Assembly: GCF_004010195.1 (NCBI RefSeq)
Contig: NC_057758.1
Location: forward strand, 6,882,311-6,946,310
Direction: 5' to 3'
DNA length: 64,000 nucleotides
Source of the DNA: Chiloscyllium plagiosum
Taxonomy: Eukaryota
The notes below the pieces were generated by a model. That model was not told the origin of the DNA, did not search any database, and saw only the letters and a program-made list of their open reading frames with translations. Below are positions 24,536-36,242 of this stretch, one piece after another. The position numbers and the translations under genes were made by a program. How positions within the stretch are numbered: the stretch's first letter is position 1; each line of letters begins with the position of its first letter.

Positions 24536-25745
24536 CCTGTGTTAGATCCAAGTTAACATAAAGGACATTACTCCCCAATGGCCACATTTCCACATTTAAA
24601 GAAAGGGCCAGCCATTTGTACTTCGGGATTTCGTGGTCATGTTCCTCGTTCAAAAGATGTAGTACAAGGGCCTGTCTTCCCCACATCCAGGTTCCCATCA
24701 GGAAAGGGTTGATCAGCATTGGTCGCTGGGTGGGCATTTCAGGTAGGTATCCTGTCCCAAACAACAATGTCAGGATTGACATGTGGCATTTGGGATCGCA
24801 AGGGTGCTGGATAGAATCAATTTTCGCTGTAACTTGCATCGTGCTTCACTCTTGTTCTGGCCATTACAATAGAAATCTACCGCTCAACTCATTTGTGATT
24901 AGGAAATCCTGGATTATCTCATATTATTTGGTTCATGTTGGCGACACCAGAAGGAATACATTGCAAAAGCATAAAGTTAAACAAAGGTGATGCATTCTCG
25001 GTTGTTTTTCAAATCTGGGCTTTATTCCACTTCCATCAGACAGATGGTTGCTTATTTCAGTCTCATAGCAAAAGCCATTCGTGCTCAGGCCACTCCCAGA
25101 ATTTTGCTGTCTTTAGATTTGTATCAATCTTCGGACGGTTGAGAAAATTAGGAGAGTGAGTTCTTGCAGTCAGGGTCATGCTTCATTAACGTAACTCTGA
25201 TTCACGGGATGGCCCGGGCTTTAGGATGGCTCAGGCCAATCATCCTCTTGATATCTGCTTTGAAGACTTGACGCTTAATTTTCAAAAGAAGGAAAGGTTT
25301 GTCATGAGGAATGTGTTGAGGGAAATCAGGAGATGTTCGGGGCTTAGAGAGTATGCTTTAGATTAGATTAGATTACTTACAGTGTGGAAACAGGCCCTTC
25401 GGCCCAACAAGTCCACACCGACCCGCCGATGCGCAACNNNNNNNNNNNNNNNNNNNNNNNNNNNNNNNNNNNNNNNNNNNNNNNNNNNNNNNNNNNNNNN
25501 NNNNNNNNNNNNNNNNNNNNNNNNNNNNNNNNNNNNNNNNNNNNNNNNNNNNNNNNNNNNNNNNNNNNNNNNNNNNNNNNNNNNNNNNNNNNNNNNNNNN
25601 NNNTTGATTCATTTGTTTTCCATCTAGCCATCCACAGTCAGCTATGAACATCTCTCAGCTTTTGAGATTTCCATTTACTTAACATACCTCCATGCCTCAA
25701 TCATATGGGGAATTTCTTCAACTGGCCATTAAGGTATCTTTCCAA
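24536..25745 (-). pseudogene. ERV gag-like remnant, copy B (interrupted by a SINE/LINE tail and a gap)
   Basis: Paralogous to 10572-11720. Confidence 0.45.
25358..25437 (-). mobile_element. 3' tail of a young CR1-mobilised SINE or LINE (HE1/HER1-like), present only in copy B
   Basis: TTAGATTAGATTAGATT tail plus GTGTGGAAACAGGCCCTTCGGCCCA; absent at the equivalent site in copy A (~11380). Confidence 0.75.
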
Positions 25746-28700
25746 TCTTTAATTAGCAATAAATTTATGCATCCATGCTTCAAATTAACCACGAGACAAT
25801 GGCACAGCTCACTAACAATGTGTACAGGAATAAAACCAATCTGTCCTGCTAAAAAACTCGCATTTTGAGAGTCAGGGCTAATACAATTGGTTATTAAAAA
25901 TAATAAAAAAAAATCATTATCTGCAATTCAGAGTTGGAAACTGAACAAGTAGAATATAAACTGGAAATTATTTATTCAAAATTCAATTTTAGCATGTACA
26001 CAGTTAACAACTCTGAAATCCATTATCATTACTTGGTTCGAGTCCCTTATTTAATATGCCAAATTAGATTCCATAAGTCGGCCTGACAATCATTGCTCAT
26101 TCACAATGCTATAGGCCGTGAAATGACTGCAGCAGCATTAAAAGATCTTGCCTACTCACATGGTAATATAATACTTCGAATGCATAAATAACGGCCAAAT
26201 CCTAAGGCACAGATATGAACAATAGGATATTGATTTTGTTACATGATTTATCAGAACATAATGTTGAAATTGTCAGTGAGGGAGAGTAATTGAGAAAGAG
26301 TAAAACAATGACCAGTACTTCATAATCACCAATGCGATGCAGAAATCTTCAAATTAAATGGAAACAAACGAGTCCTAAACAACATTAAACATGTTAGTAT
26401 CGTTTTCTAAAATCACTACTGTTGGTTCGGGATATTTTGGATCTATCTTTATAGTCACAGCGTTACAATATTTAAGCAAATTAAATGAAATTCATGCAAT
26501 TCCTCCACTAAATGATCAAAAGTTAAAGTCTGAAGTGATTTTCCACAATGCTTGGTTTAGATTTTTATTAACATTCAACAGCGACCTGTCCTCATCCTGG
26601 AACGGAATTATTCTGCGCCAGAGGTCACGATTTTTTGCGCCAATACTTTAATTCCTTTAGTCTATTCCTTCATTTGTCGAACATGTAAATGTGGGAGGGG
26701 TGAAAATGGTCTTTGGCAGTCGCATGAAAGAATAGGGATTTTGAGACTAAGTTTATGCTGATGTCAAATGGTACAAAATCTCAGGACGATTCTTTTTGTT
26801 TAAATCAAAATGTTAATGTCGGTTTACAACACGTTAAAATGATTTCGATTGAAAATAGAATTGCTTTCACGTAAGCATGAATGGGATTAGTTAGAAATTG
26901 ACAGTAAGGCAGCCATGGCCTGTAAAAAACAAGGTGGGTGGGGAGATAATATTTCATTTCATCATCACTGATGGTTCTATACACTTAAAAGATATCATCT
27001 TAAATTCCCGAAATGCAATTCAAATTTAAAACACTCCTGGATCTCAACTCCAGGCAACAAAACACAAACATTCATTAACCAACAAGCAAATGTGCATTCG
27101 AACCAAATCACAAACGGTTATCCTTTCTGCAAGATGCAGCTGAGTCAGTCTCTCTTTCTCTCTCCCTCTCCCTCCCGCTCACACGCACACATGAACATTT
27201 TCCAACTTTCCTCATATCTCAGTTTACAGATTTTGTTTATTCCTTGCTTGTAATGGCCATGAGGCACTCAGTTTCCAATGCAATCAAATTTAGGGAGATT
27301 AGCCTCATAAATCTTGGCTGTGAAACATAGTTGCTTAACCACGTGGGCAAAATCTAAATACCTCCCAGGCGTTCCATTTGCAATTTTAACAACATTTTCA
27401 AAGCAAGATGTTCGTGCCGCTGCATTAGTGTGCAACCCAGGGAAAATGCAATGGAGTCCTTAATTGATACACAATGTGTCCCGTGTGCCAAATCCCGTGA
27501 AACCTGGACATTCTGAAGCAAGCAACTATACTTACTACAGATTTGCACAATTGAAAATAATGTTGGGCAATTGAATGGATCGGGGTTTCTTGAAGCACGC
27601 TGCATACCTCAGAGTGAGTCTGGGGATTATCAAATATTTCATAATCGTGGGGAAAGCAAATTTGTTTTTACGAATTTTGTAAACGTTAAGATGCTTTCAA
27701 CAGCACAATCCGGACAATAGGGCCCTGTTGAGTACTCACATGAGTGTCTTGCGGCTGTGGAGCGAGAATTGCATCAGCATTCCCAACAGCATTTTTTTGT
27801 ACCTGGCCAAATTTCGATTTTTGTTTTGGACGAGACCACAGCAGCAATCGCCCTCTTTTTTTCATTTCTCCAACAATATTGGCCAGTGACCTGGCAGAAC
27901 CAGGGTATCTCCTCCCTGTGATATTCGGATTTACCTTGGTCCTTCAGGGTCTTTCTGGACAGACCCATAGGACCTGGACTCCCTTCAAACCAGGACAAAG
28001 CGAATATGGGGCAGTCATTCCACATGACGTTTGAAATTAACAAACCCCATGGATCCTCAGTAGCCGTGGTATGAGCCTGTAACCTGCAAAAGATAACGAA
28101 CAAAAGCACACAAAGACAAACTGGCGTGGGCGCTGCTCTCAATTCTCCTGTAATCTTCTGCAATTATAGCTCCATCTTGCAGTTGCATGAAAGAATAGCG
28201 ATCTTGAGACCAAGTTTATGCTGATGTCAAATGGTACAAAATCTCAGGAGGATTCTTTCTTTGAAATGTAATTCAAATTCAAAGATGAAGGCAAGTGCAA
28301 ATTCAGCTTGGCTGCCAATTCCAACAGCATTCCCTTGCGCAACTTTTCTGAAACCCATTCTTCCACACTCAGAAAACTCTTAGCGACTGAACGAGCCAAT
28401 AGTTCAGAAAGCACTGTTTAAACCAACCGTATTCAACTCCCGGAACAACAGACAGCAACACCTAGCCATCTTTATGTTCAACAATCACAAATTTGAATTT
28501 TGAATTACACAATCTATCTCGACAACATCCTTCAAATTGCCAGAACCCTGGAATATATTTTAAGAAGTTTGTGTCATTTTAAAGGCAGACTTGAGTTGTG
28601 TTTCCACCAGAATGCAACGGATCAGACGACTCGGCTTTAAACAAAACAGAATTCATTTAAGCACTACAGTTGGAACACGAACAAAATAGAAAGAGGAATT

Positions 28701-29169
28701 TAGAATAACTGCACTGTTGCAAAATTTAAACGACCCGCTACAGTAACAAGCAATAATTAACTGTTCAAAAACAGAAGCATTCCATAAACGGAATTCTTGT
28801 AAAAAGGGAAAATCCAAACAAATTCTTGCAGGCAGGAGGAACAATATGCAGAAAAATACTTCAGAAGAAAGTCAGAGGAATTCTGCAAAGCAGCTTGCGA
28901 CTCCCATGTACTCATTATCTTTTTGACTGCAACAGCTAAACCAAACTGCAAAAAGCCATAACCATGAGACCCTGCCACAGCTATCCAATTGTTAAGCTAT
29001 ACTTTCCGTCACCATTGCCTTTAATAACTGTTCAAAATAAAAACAGGTCCGAAACTAGCTTTATAAAGTGGCAGACTCATCACATGAGCGAGGGAAGAAA
29101 TCATGGACGCCCTGGCAGAAATGTTCGCATCATCTCCAGCTACGAGTATGTTTACAAATGACTGGAGAA

Positions 29170-30325
29170 TGTGTGTGTCAGAGATCGAGAGAGAGAATGC
29201 GAGTGAATTTCCGCGTGTGTGTCAGAGATCGAGAGGGAAAATGTTCGAGTGCGTGAGAAAGAGGGAGAGAGATTGTGAATGTGTGTGAGAGAGGGAGAGA
29301 GAATGTGAGAGTGTATGTGTGTGTGAGAGAGAATAGGAGAGTATGTGTGTGAGAGAGAGAATATGCGAGTGTAATTGTCAGAGATAGAGAGGGGCAATGT
29401 GAGAGAATGTGCAGGTGTGTGTCAGAGATCGAGAGAGAGAATGNNNNNNNNNNNNNNNNNNNNNNNNNNNNNNNNNNNNNNNNNNNNNNNNNNNNNNNNN
29501 NNNNNNNNNNNNNNNNNNNNNNNNNNNNNNNNNNNNNNNNNNNNNNNNNNNNNNNNNNNNNNNNNNNNNNNNNNNNNNNNNNNNNNNNNNNNNNNNNNNN
29601 NNNNNNNNNNNNNNNNNNNNNNNNNNNNNNNNNNNNNNNNNNNNNNNNNNNNNNNNNNNNNNNNNNNNNNNNNNNNNNNNNNNNNNNNNNNNNNNNNNNN
29701 NNNNNNNNNNNNNNNNNNNNNNNNNNNNNNNNNNNNNNNNNNNNNNNNNNNNNNNNNNNNNNNNNNNNNNNNNNNNNNNNNNNNNNNNNNNNNNNNNNNN
29801 NNNNNNNNNNNNNNNNNNNNNNNNNNNNNNNNNNNNNNNNNNNNNNNNNNNNNNNNNNNNNNNNNNNNNNNNNNNNNNNNNNNNNNNNNNNNNNNNNNNN
29901 NNNNNNNNNNNNNNNNNNNNNNNNNNNNNNNNNNNNNNNNNNNNNNNNNNNNNNNNNNNNNNNNNNNNNNNNNNNNNNNNNNNNNNNNNNNNNNNNNNNN
30001 NNNNNNNNNNNNNNNNNNNNNNNNNNNNNNNNNNNNNNNNNNNNNNNNNNNNNNNNNNNNNNNGAGAGTGAGAATGTGTGTCTGTGTGAGGTAGAGAGAT
30101 AGAGAGATACTTACTGTGTGAGTAAGTGAACGAGTGTGTGTGAGAGAGAGCGAGTGAGTGAGAGACAGAGAATGTGAGAGTGTGTGTGTGAGTGAGTGTG
30201 TGTGTGAGAGAGTGAGAGTGAGTGTTTGTGTCTGAGAGAGAGAAAATTTATGTGTGTGAGAGATAGAGAGAGGGGGTGTGTGTGTGAGAGAGAGAATGTG
30301 AGAGTGTGTGCATGTTTGTGAGAGA
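29170..30325. repeat. (GA)n/(GT)n compound microsatellite spanning a gap (29444-30063)
   Basis: Low-complexity GA/GT runs. Confidence 0.95.
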
Positions 30326-32060
30326 GTCATAGAGTCATAAAGATGTACAGCATGGAAACAGACCCTTCGGTTCAACCTGACCATGCCAACGAGATATCCG
30401 AACTAAATCTCAACCCATCTGCCAGTATCCGGCCCGTATCCCTCCAAACTCTTCCTATTCTTTTTACCACCCAAATGCCTCTTAAATGTTGAAATTGCAC
30501 CAGCCTCCACCACTTCTTCTGGCAGCTCATTCCATAAACGTACCACCCTCCGCGGGAACAAAATGCCCCTTAGGTCTGTATTATATCGTTCCCCTCTCAC
30601 CCTAAACCTATGCTCTCTAGGTCTGGACTCCCCGATCCCAGGGAAAATACTTTATTTATCCTATCCATGACCCTCATAACTTTGTAAATCTCGGTAAGAT
30701 CACCCCTCAGCCTCCAACGCTCCAGGAAAAACAGCCCCAGCCTGTTCAGCCTCTCCCTATAGCTCAAATCCTCCAACCCTGGCAATATAATTGTAAAACC
30801 TTTCTGAACCCTTTCAAGTTTTAACACATCTTTCCAAAGGAAGGAGAGCAGAATTGCACAGAATATTCCAACAGTGGCCTAATCAATGCCCAGTACAGCG
30901 GCAACATGACCTATCATCTTCTGTACTCAGTAATCTGACCAATAAAGGAAAGAAAACCAAACGCCTTTTTAACTATCCTATCTACCTGCGACTCCACTTT
31001 CAAGGAGCTATGAACCTGGACTCCAAGGTCTCTTTGTTCAGCAACACTCCCTCGGACATTACCATCAAATATATAAGTCCTGTTAAGATGTGCTTTCATA
31101 AAATGCAGCCCCTCACATTTATCTGAATTAAACTCGAACTGCCACTCCTCAGCCCATTGACCTTTCTGGTACAGATCCTGTTGTAATCTGAGGTATCCCT
31201 CTTCGCTGTCCACTACACCACAAGTTTTGGTGTCTTCTGCAAACTTACTAACTGCACCTCTTATGCTCGCATCCAAATCATTGATGTAAATGACAAAAAG
31301 TAAAGGACCCAGAACCGATCCAGTGGCACTCCACTGTCACAGACCTCCAGTCTGAAAATCAACCCTCCACCACCACCCTGTGTCTTCTACCTTTGAGCCA
31401 GTTCTGTATCCAAATGGCTAGTTCTGTCTTTATTCCAAGAGATCGAACCTTGCTAATCAGTCTCCCAATTGAACCTTGTAGAAAGCCTTACTGAAATCCA
31501 TATAGATCACATCTACTGCTCTGCCCTCATCAATCCTCTTTGTTATTTCTTCAAAAACCTCAATCAAGTTTGTGACACATGATTTCCCATGAACAACGCC
31601 ACGATGACTATTCCTGATAACTCATTGCCTTTCCAAATAATAAAACACCGACAAGACTGGGATTTGAACACACGCGTGCAAACCACAATGGATTAGCAGT
31701 CCTTCGCTTGAACCACTCAACCACCTCGTCCAAAGTTGCAATGCACATAATTATGGTCGCTTCTCCCACAATTTTCCCACACTGAAACTTCACTTACCTG
31801 ACCTGCTTAGTTCCTAAACTCAGGTCCCTTCCCTGGTTGGGCAGTTTACCTATTTTGTCAGGAATCCCTACTGACGGTTCTTACAAATTCTGCCCATCCA
31901 AGTTACTAGCGTGCCAGGGAAGTTAATAGCACCCACCACAACAACCTTGCTATTACATCTATCCAAGATCTGTCTGCATTTTCTCTCTTCTCTCGCCTGC
32001 TGGTCGTTGGGAGGCCTGTAGTATACACGCAGCATTGTTATTTCGCATTTCCTATTCCTG
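30326..32060 (-). mobile_element. CR1 LINE 3' portion with internal deletions
   Basis: SKFAEDTK, LGVQVHSSLKV; tail GAGTCATAGAGTCATA on + strand. Confidence 0.9.
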
Positions 32061-32069
32061 AGTTTTAAG

Positions 32070-32284
32070 CAATGAATCTTGCACTGCCCTTGCTTCTTGA
32101 GTGTTTATATGACACCTGGAATTGTTTCTTCACCAGGAAATAAATCCTTCTCTTCCACATATCTTGTAATGCACTGCAGGGACATGCCGTTTCTCGATCT
32201 AAGGTCGAGTACTGATTTTACCAATTTCACCCCGTGTGGGGCGGTTGGACCCCGATGCAGGGAAGTGTAGGCCTCAGGCTCCAT
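32070..32284 (-). pseudogene. Linker histone H1/H5 globular-domain-like fragment (left arm)
   Basis: VKLVKSVLDLRSRNGMSLQCITRYVEEK resembles H15 helices 1-2; truncated by CR1. Confidence 0.4.
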
Positions 32285-34089
32285 TTTCAGCCGAGCTCTG
32301 AATTTAACAATTTCACCTCATGTGGGACTGTTAATGATCCGGACAAGGAGGCCCCGTCTCATGCTCGTGTTTGTTGATCTTTCATGGAATCTGTGGGATT
32401 GAGAGCCCCACATGTATGGACGTCCATAGGAGGAAAGTTCCAGTTTCTATCTTGACCGAGTACTGCCGAGAATACAAATCTCTTTCCGAACCACAGAGAG
32501 ATAAAACCCAGTAAATGATGGAAATGAACACGCAGTCTTCTGTTTTGAGATAGGCCAGGTGACTCAGAGCAGAATGCCTCATCTCCACGTTTTCCTGACT
32601 TTTCCTTCCAGGACTGACCAGGACCCACAATGTAGGGAAACGTAAGCCTGCGCATCATCTTGGAGAGTTGACTTTACAGAGTTCTGTGAAACTAAAGACC
32701 TTCACACTCACAGCTAGATACATGTGCACAAAGAGCAGGAGAGTCCCAGGCTCCATTCTCGGGCCCTTTCCAAAACCGATCTCACACTAGATGAATTGGG
32801 GATGAATTGAGACCCACAGCGCGGGAGGTTTAGGCCTAAGATCCAGATCATGGAACTAGTACTTACATTTGATCCAGAGTTAGCTGAACTCCACAGATCA
32901 GAGATGAAGAACGCAGGTTGAATCTCTGGGCCAAAATAATGCACATCCCACTCGCACCATGACCCTTATGCAGGACTCGGATGCATCTCAGACCTCGTGC
33001 TGTGTTAGTCAATGAACCAATATCTCGACAGAGCAGTGAAATATCGGATCAGGATGCATCGGGGGCCCAGAGCTGGGGAAGCCAATTAGTGGATTTAATG
33101 CAGGGGCATATAGGACTAGGCTGCATATTGGTCCGAGTGCAAGTGAGCCAATCAGAGTGAAGGTCAGAACTTGCTGCTCAGTGCAAGGAAATATAGGCTG
33201 TGCCTCGGTTTTGGATTTGCTTCACCAATTGGTTGTGCAATTGACTGAGGCCTCAATGTGGCACAACTGATATCGTGGGCCATTACTGCGCCACGGCTGA
33301 GTGCAGCCTCGCCAGCCTCCGACTCTCAGTTTCCATGATTATCATCCAAGGCTCCTGAATGCCCGGCTTCAGGAACTCACCCACCCCTGGCAACAACATG
33401 GAGGATTGGGAGCCTGCCAGCCAGTTCTGCAGCAGGGTGCCTCCTGGACTATGTCGTGGGTGAGCAGCAGTGGCTGAATGAGATCCAGCACTACATCCAC
33501 CAGCATCTGCAGCTCACCATCACAGTCCTCCGGGGCTTGATTGGCACCAAGGCTGCGTCTTGGCGTCGGTGGTCTCCAGCAAAGAGTGGAGCAATGTGCA
33601 GCCACAAAGGGTCCTCTGGCCCATCCTCGTTATGATGCATCTGGAGGCCATGCCAGTGCCTACATCACCACCCAGTGGATTGGTCTGATGTGTTGAAGTT
33701 TGAAATATGGGGCCGAGCTCTTAGAAGGAAGAATTGGTAGATGTTAAACATGGTCCAAAAGCATGAGGCCTAGTTTTTAATGGGAACTAAATTTCAGAAT
33801 ATCATCAAGAATTCTCTGATAAAACTTCTCTTCCCATCCCAGCACTACAAAGAAGAGAAAATCACATCTGTTCCTTACCTGTAACCTCCCAACAAAAACC
33901 CCATCACCAAACTAAAACGAAAAGAGGGAAAGAGAAAGACCTGGTCCTCGGTATGGAAGGAGGAGGAATTGGAAAATGGAAGGTGGAGTTTGGGAAAATG
34001 GGGTCTTTGAATTTAGGCGCGGGGAGTTGTGGTAGGGACGGGTTTGGGGTGCACCAGGCATGGAATTACAGTTTGGGCAGGGTTTTAGG

Positions 34090-34450
34090 TGATCTTGACA
34101 GGGAAGAGTCTATGGGAGCGGTGTTTGGGGAGCGCTGGGCAGTCCAGAGTGTTTGGGAAAGTGCCTGAGGTGCACTGCGTGGGAAATTATAGTTGGTTGG
34201 GTTTGTGCAAAGAGCGGTGCCGTGTTTAGGAGCGGGGTTTGAGGGTGAGCTGGGCAGAGAATTGTGTTTGGCAGTGGAGATTGGGGTGTGCTGGGCGGGA
34301 CGCAGCATTTGGGGCGAGGTTTTGGGCATGCTGGGCGTGGCACAGAGTTTCAGGGCGGAGTTTAAGGTGCGCTGGGCGGGGCAGTGTGTTTGGTGGTGGC
34401 TTTTGTGGTGTGCTGGCGGGCCACAGTGTAATGGGGCGTGGTTTGGGGAA
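34090..34450. repeat. Degenerate ~40-bp GC-rich minisatellite (left arm)
   Basis: Recurrent (T/C)GCTGGGCG...TTTGGG at about 40-bp spacing. Confidence 0.7.
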
Positions 34451-35950
34451 CTGTTTCTGGTAAACGGGAAACTGAAAACAACAAAATATTGGAGACCAGA
34501 GTGGGTCAAGGGCTGTATCTATGGAAATGGAGGAAACTCAACTTTTGAGTTTAGATGTTGGTGTGTTGCGAGAGCAGCATTTATGCAACATTGCTGGGGC
34601 GATGGTTGGACTGACGTGACTTAGAGAGAACGTTGCCAATTCTTATTAAGTGGTCAGACTGTGTGAATGGCAGAACAACTGTGTTTCTATCTGCCAAACT
34701 GGCAAGAGTAGACCGTCCCACTGGCGCGGGCATGAGGGGAGAGAGCGTGATAGAGAAGGTAAAAAGCAAAGCTGAGAGAAAATGAAGCAATGAGCTCACA
34801 ATTTGAAGGTGCTGAACTCAGCATTAGTCCAGAATGTTGTGAACATGCCTAGTTTGAAGATGAGATACTGCTTCTCCAGCTTGCGTCGTGATTCACTGGA
34901 GTATGGTAGAATACCGAGGACAGACAAATGAGCTTGCAAGCAGAATGCTATGTTAAAATGACTGGGCTACGGGAAATTTGGGGTCATGCTTGTTTACAGA
35001 CTGGAAGTGTTCTGCAAATGGGGTTGGACACTCAATGTTGAGCAGGGCTTCTGTGCAGAGTGGATCTCCCTTACATGCACAAAACCAGAGATTCGGAAAT
35101 AAGCGTTGCAATTCACACTTACAGACAGCAAGGTTCAGAGAAAGAATAAATCCCACTTTCAATGTATGACCCGAAACAAAGTTCCACAGTCCCAGAGATT
35201 CGTAAATCTGACAGTGAGAGATTGGGAGCAAACGGCAGGTTCTTGGTCATATACAGTTCAGGCACTGGATAATGCAGAAGTAATTCAATGTTCTCTTTCA
35301 TCGTCGGAGGCTGTCACAATGTATCAAGCACAGGAAGGTTTGCACAAACGTCAATCAACAATCAATGAAGTACAGACTGAATTATTATTTTTTGTATAAA
35401 ACTGTTTAATCAAGTAGGAAACCACCATCAAACGATGTTAAAACTGGCGTTTCATGGAACGACATGTACCTAGAGTTGCCTCCACTTTTATCGTTTCCTA
35501 TGGAACTGTCCAAGATCATCACAATTCATTTGCCTGCATCGTTTTCTAATCTGTAAATGTCATCATTCCAGATAGTGAGGGCAATCATTGGCCAGAGATA
35601 AGGACTGTAACAAAGCTGGTCAAATTTACATTTAGTCTCAGTATTACAGAAGAAGGACAATGTGTAATTTGAGCATAGTTTCTCGTTTACTTTTGCCCTT
35701 TATTGATGAGAATTGCTTAGAGAAATAGGATTGGAGAAATAGTACAAGATTTTCTTCACTCGTTCCAAGACTGGCAATTTCGAGCATAGCTTTTAAAAAG
35801 ACAATGAAGCAAGATTTCTTTCAGATTTCTCAGAAACGGCTTAACGTTATCTGAAATAACCCAATGGCAAATAGTAATGAAAGCTGATGGTGACACAGGT
35901 TTCACAGATATTAAAACTTGTACATGGCTATGGAGTGCAATAAAAGGAAA

Positions 35951-36242
35951 TAGACTAGAATGAGAAGATGTCGAAATGATGGCGTATAGAAGCAGATTCT
36001 GTGTTATATTCGTGGAAAATGGGTCCTCACGGAAACAGCTGCATATATCAATGGTGTTGTTTGAAGATACATCCTCATAGCATCAGCATGGGATCTTAGA
36101 CTAGAATGAGAAGATGTCGAAATGATGGCGTATAGAAGCAGATTCTGTGTTATATTCGTGGAAAATGGGTCCTCACGGAAACAGCTGCATATATCAATGG
36201 TGTTGTTTGAAGATACATCCTCATAGCATCAGCATGGGATCT
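35951..36242. repeat. Perfect 146-bp tandem duplication
   Basis: 35951-36096 equals 36097-36242; single copy in the right arm. Confidence 0.95.

Larger units (their letters stand above)
20467..29168 (+). repeat. Segmental duplication copy B
   Basis: Colinear with 6442-14998. Confidence 0.93.

Noticed and set aside
33369..33690. Possible exon (LQMLVDVVLDLIQPLLL) and mirror at 55770-56100
   Set aside because: No recognisable domain or supported splice structure
34066..34624. 140-157 aa ORFs over the GC-rich region and its mirror
   Set aside because: Arise from low stop-codon density in a minisatellite
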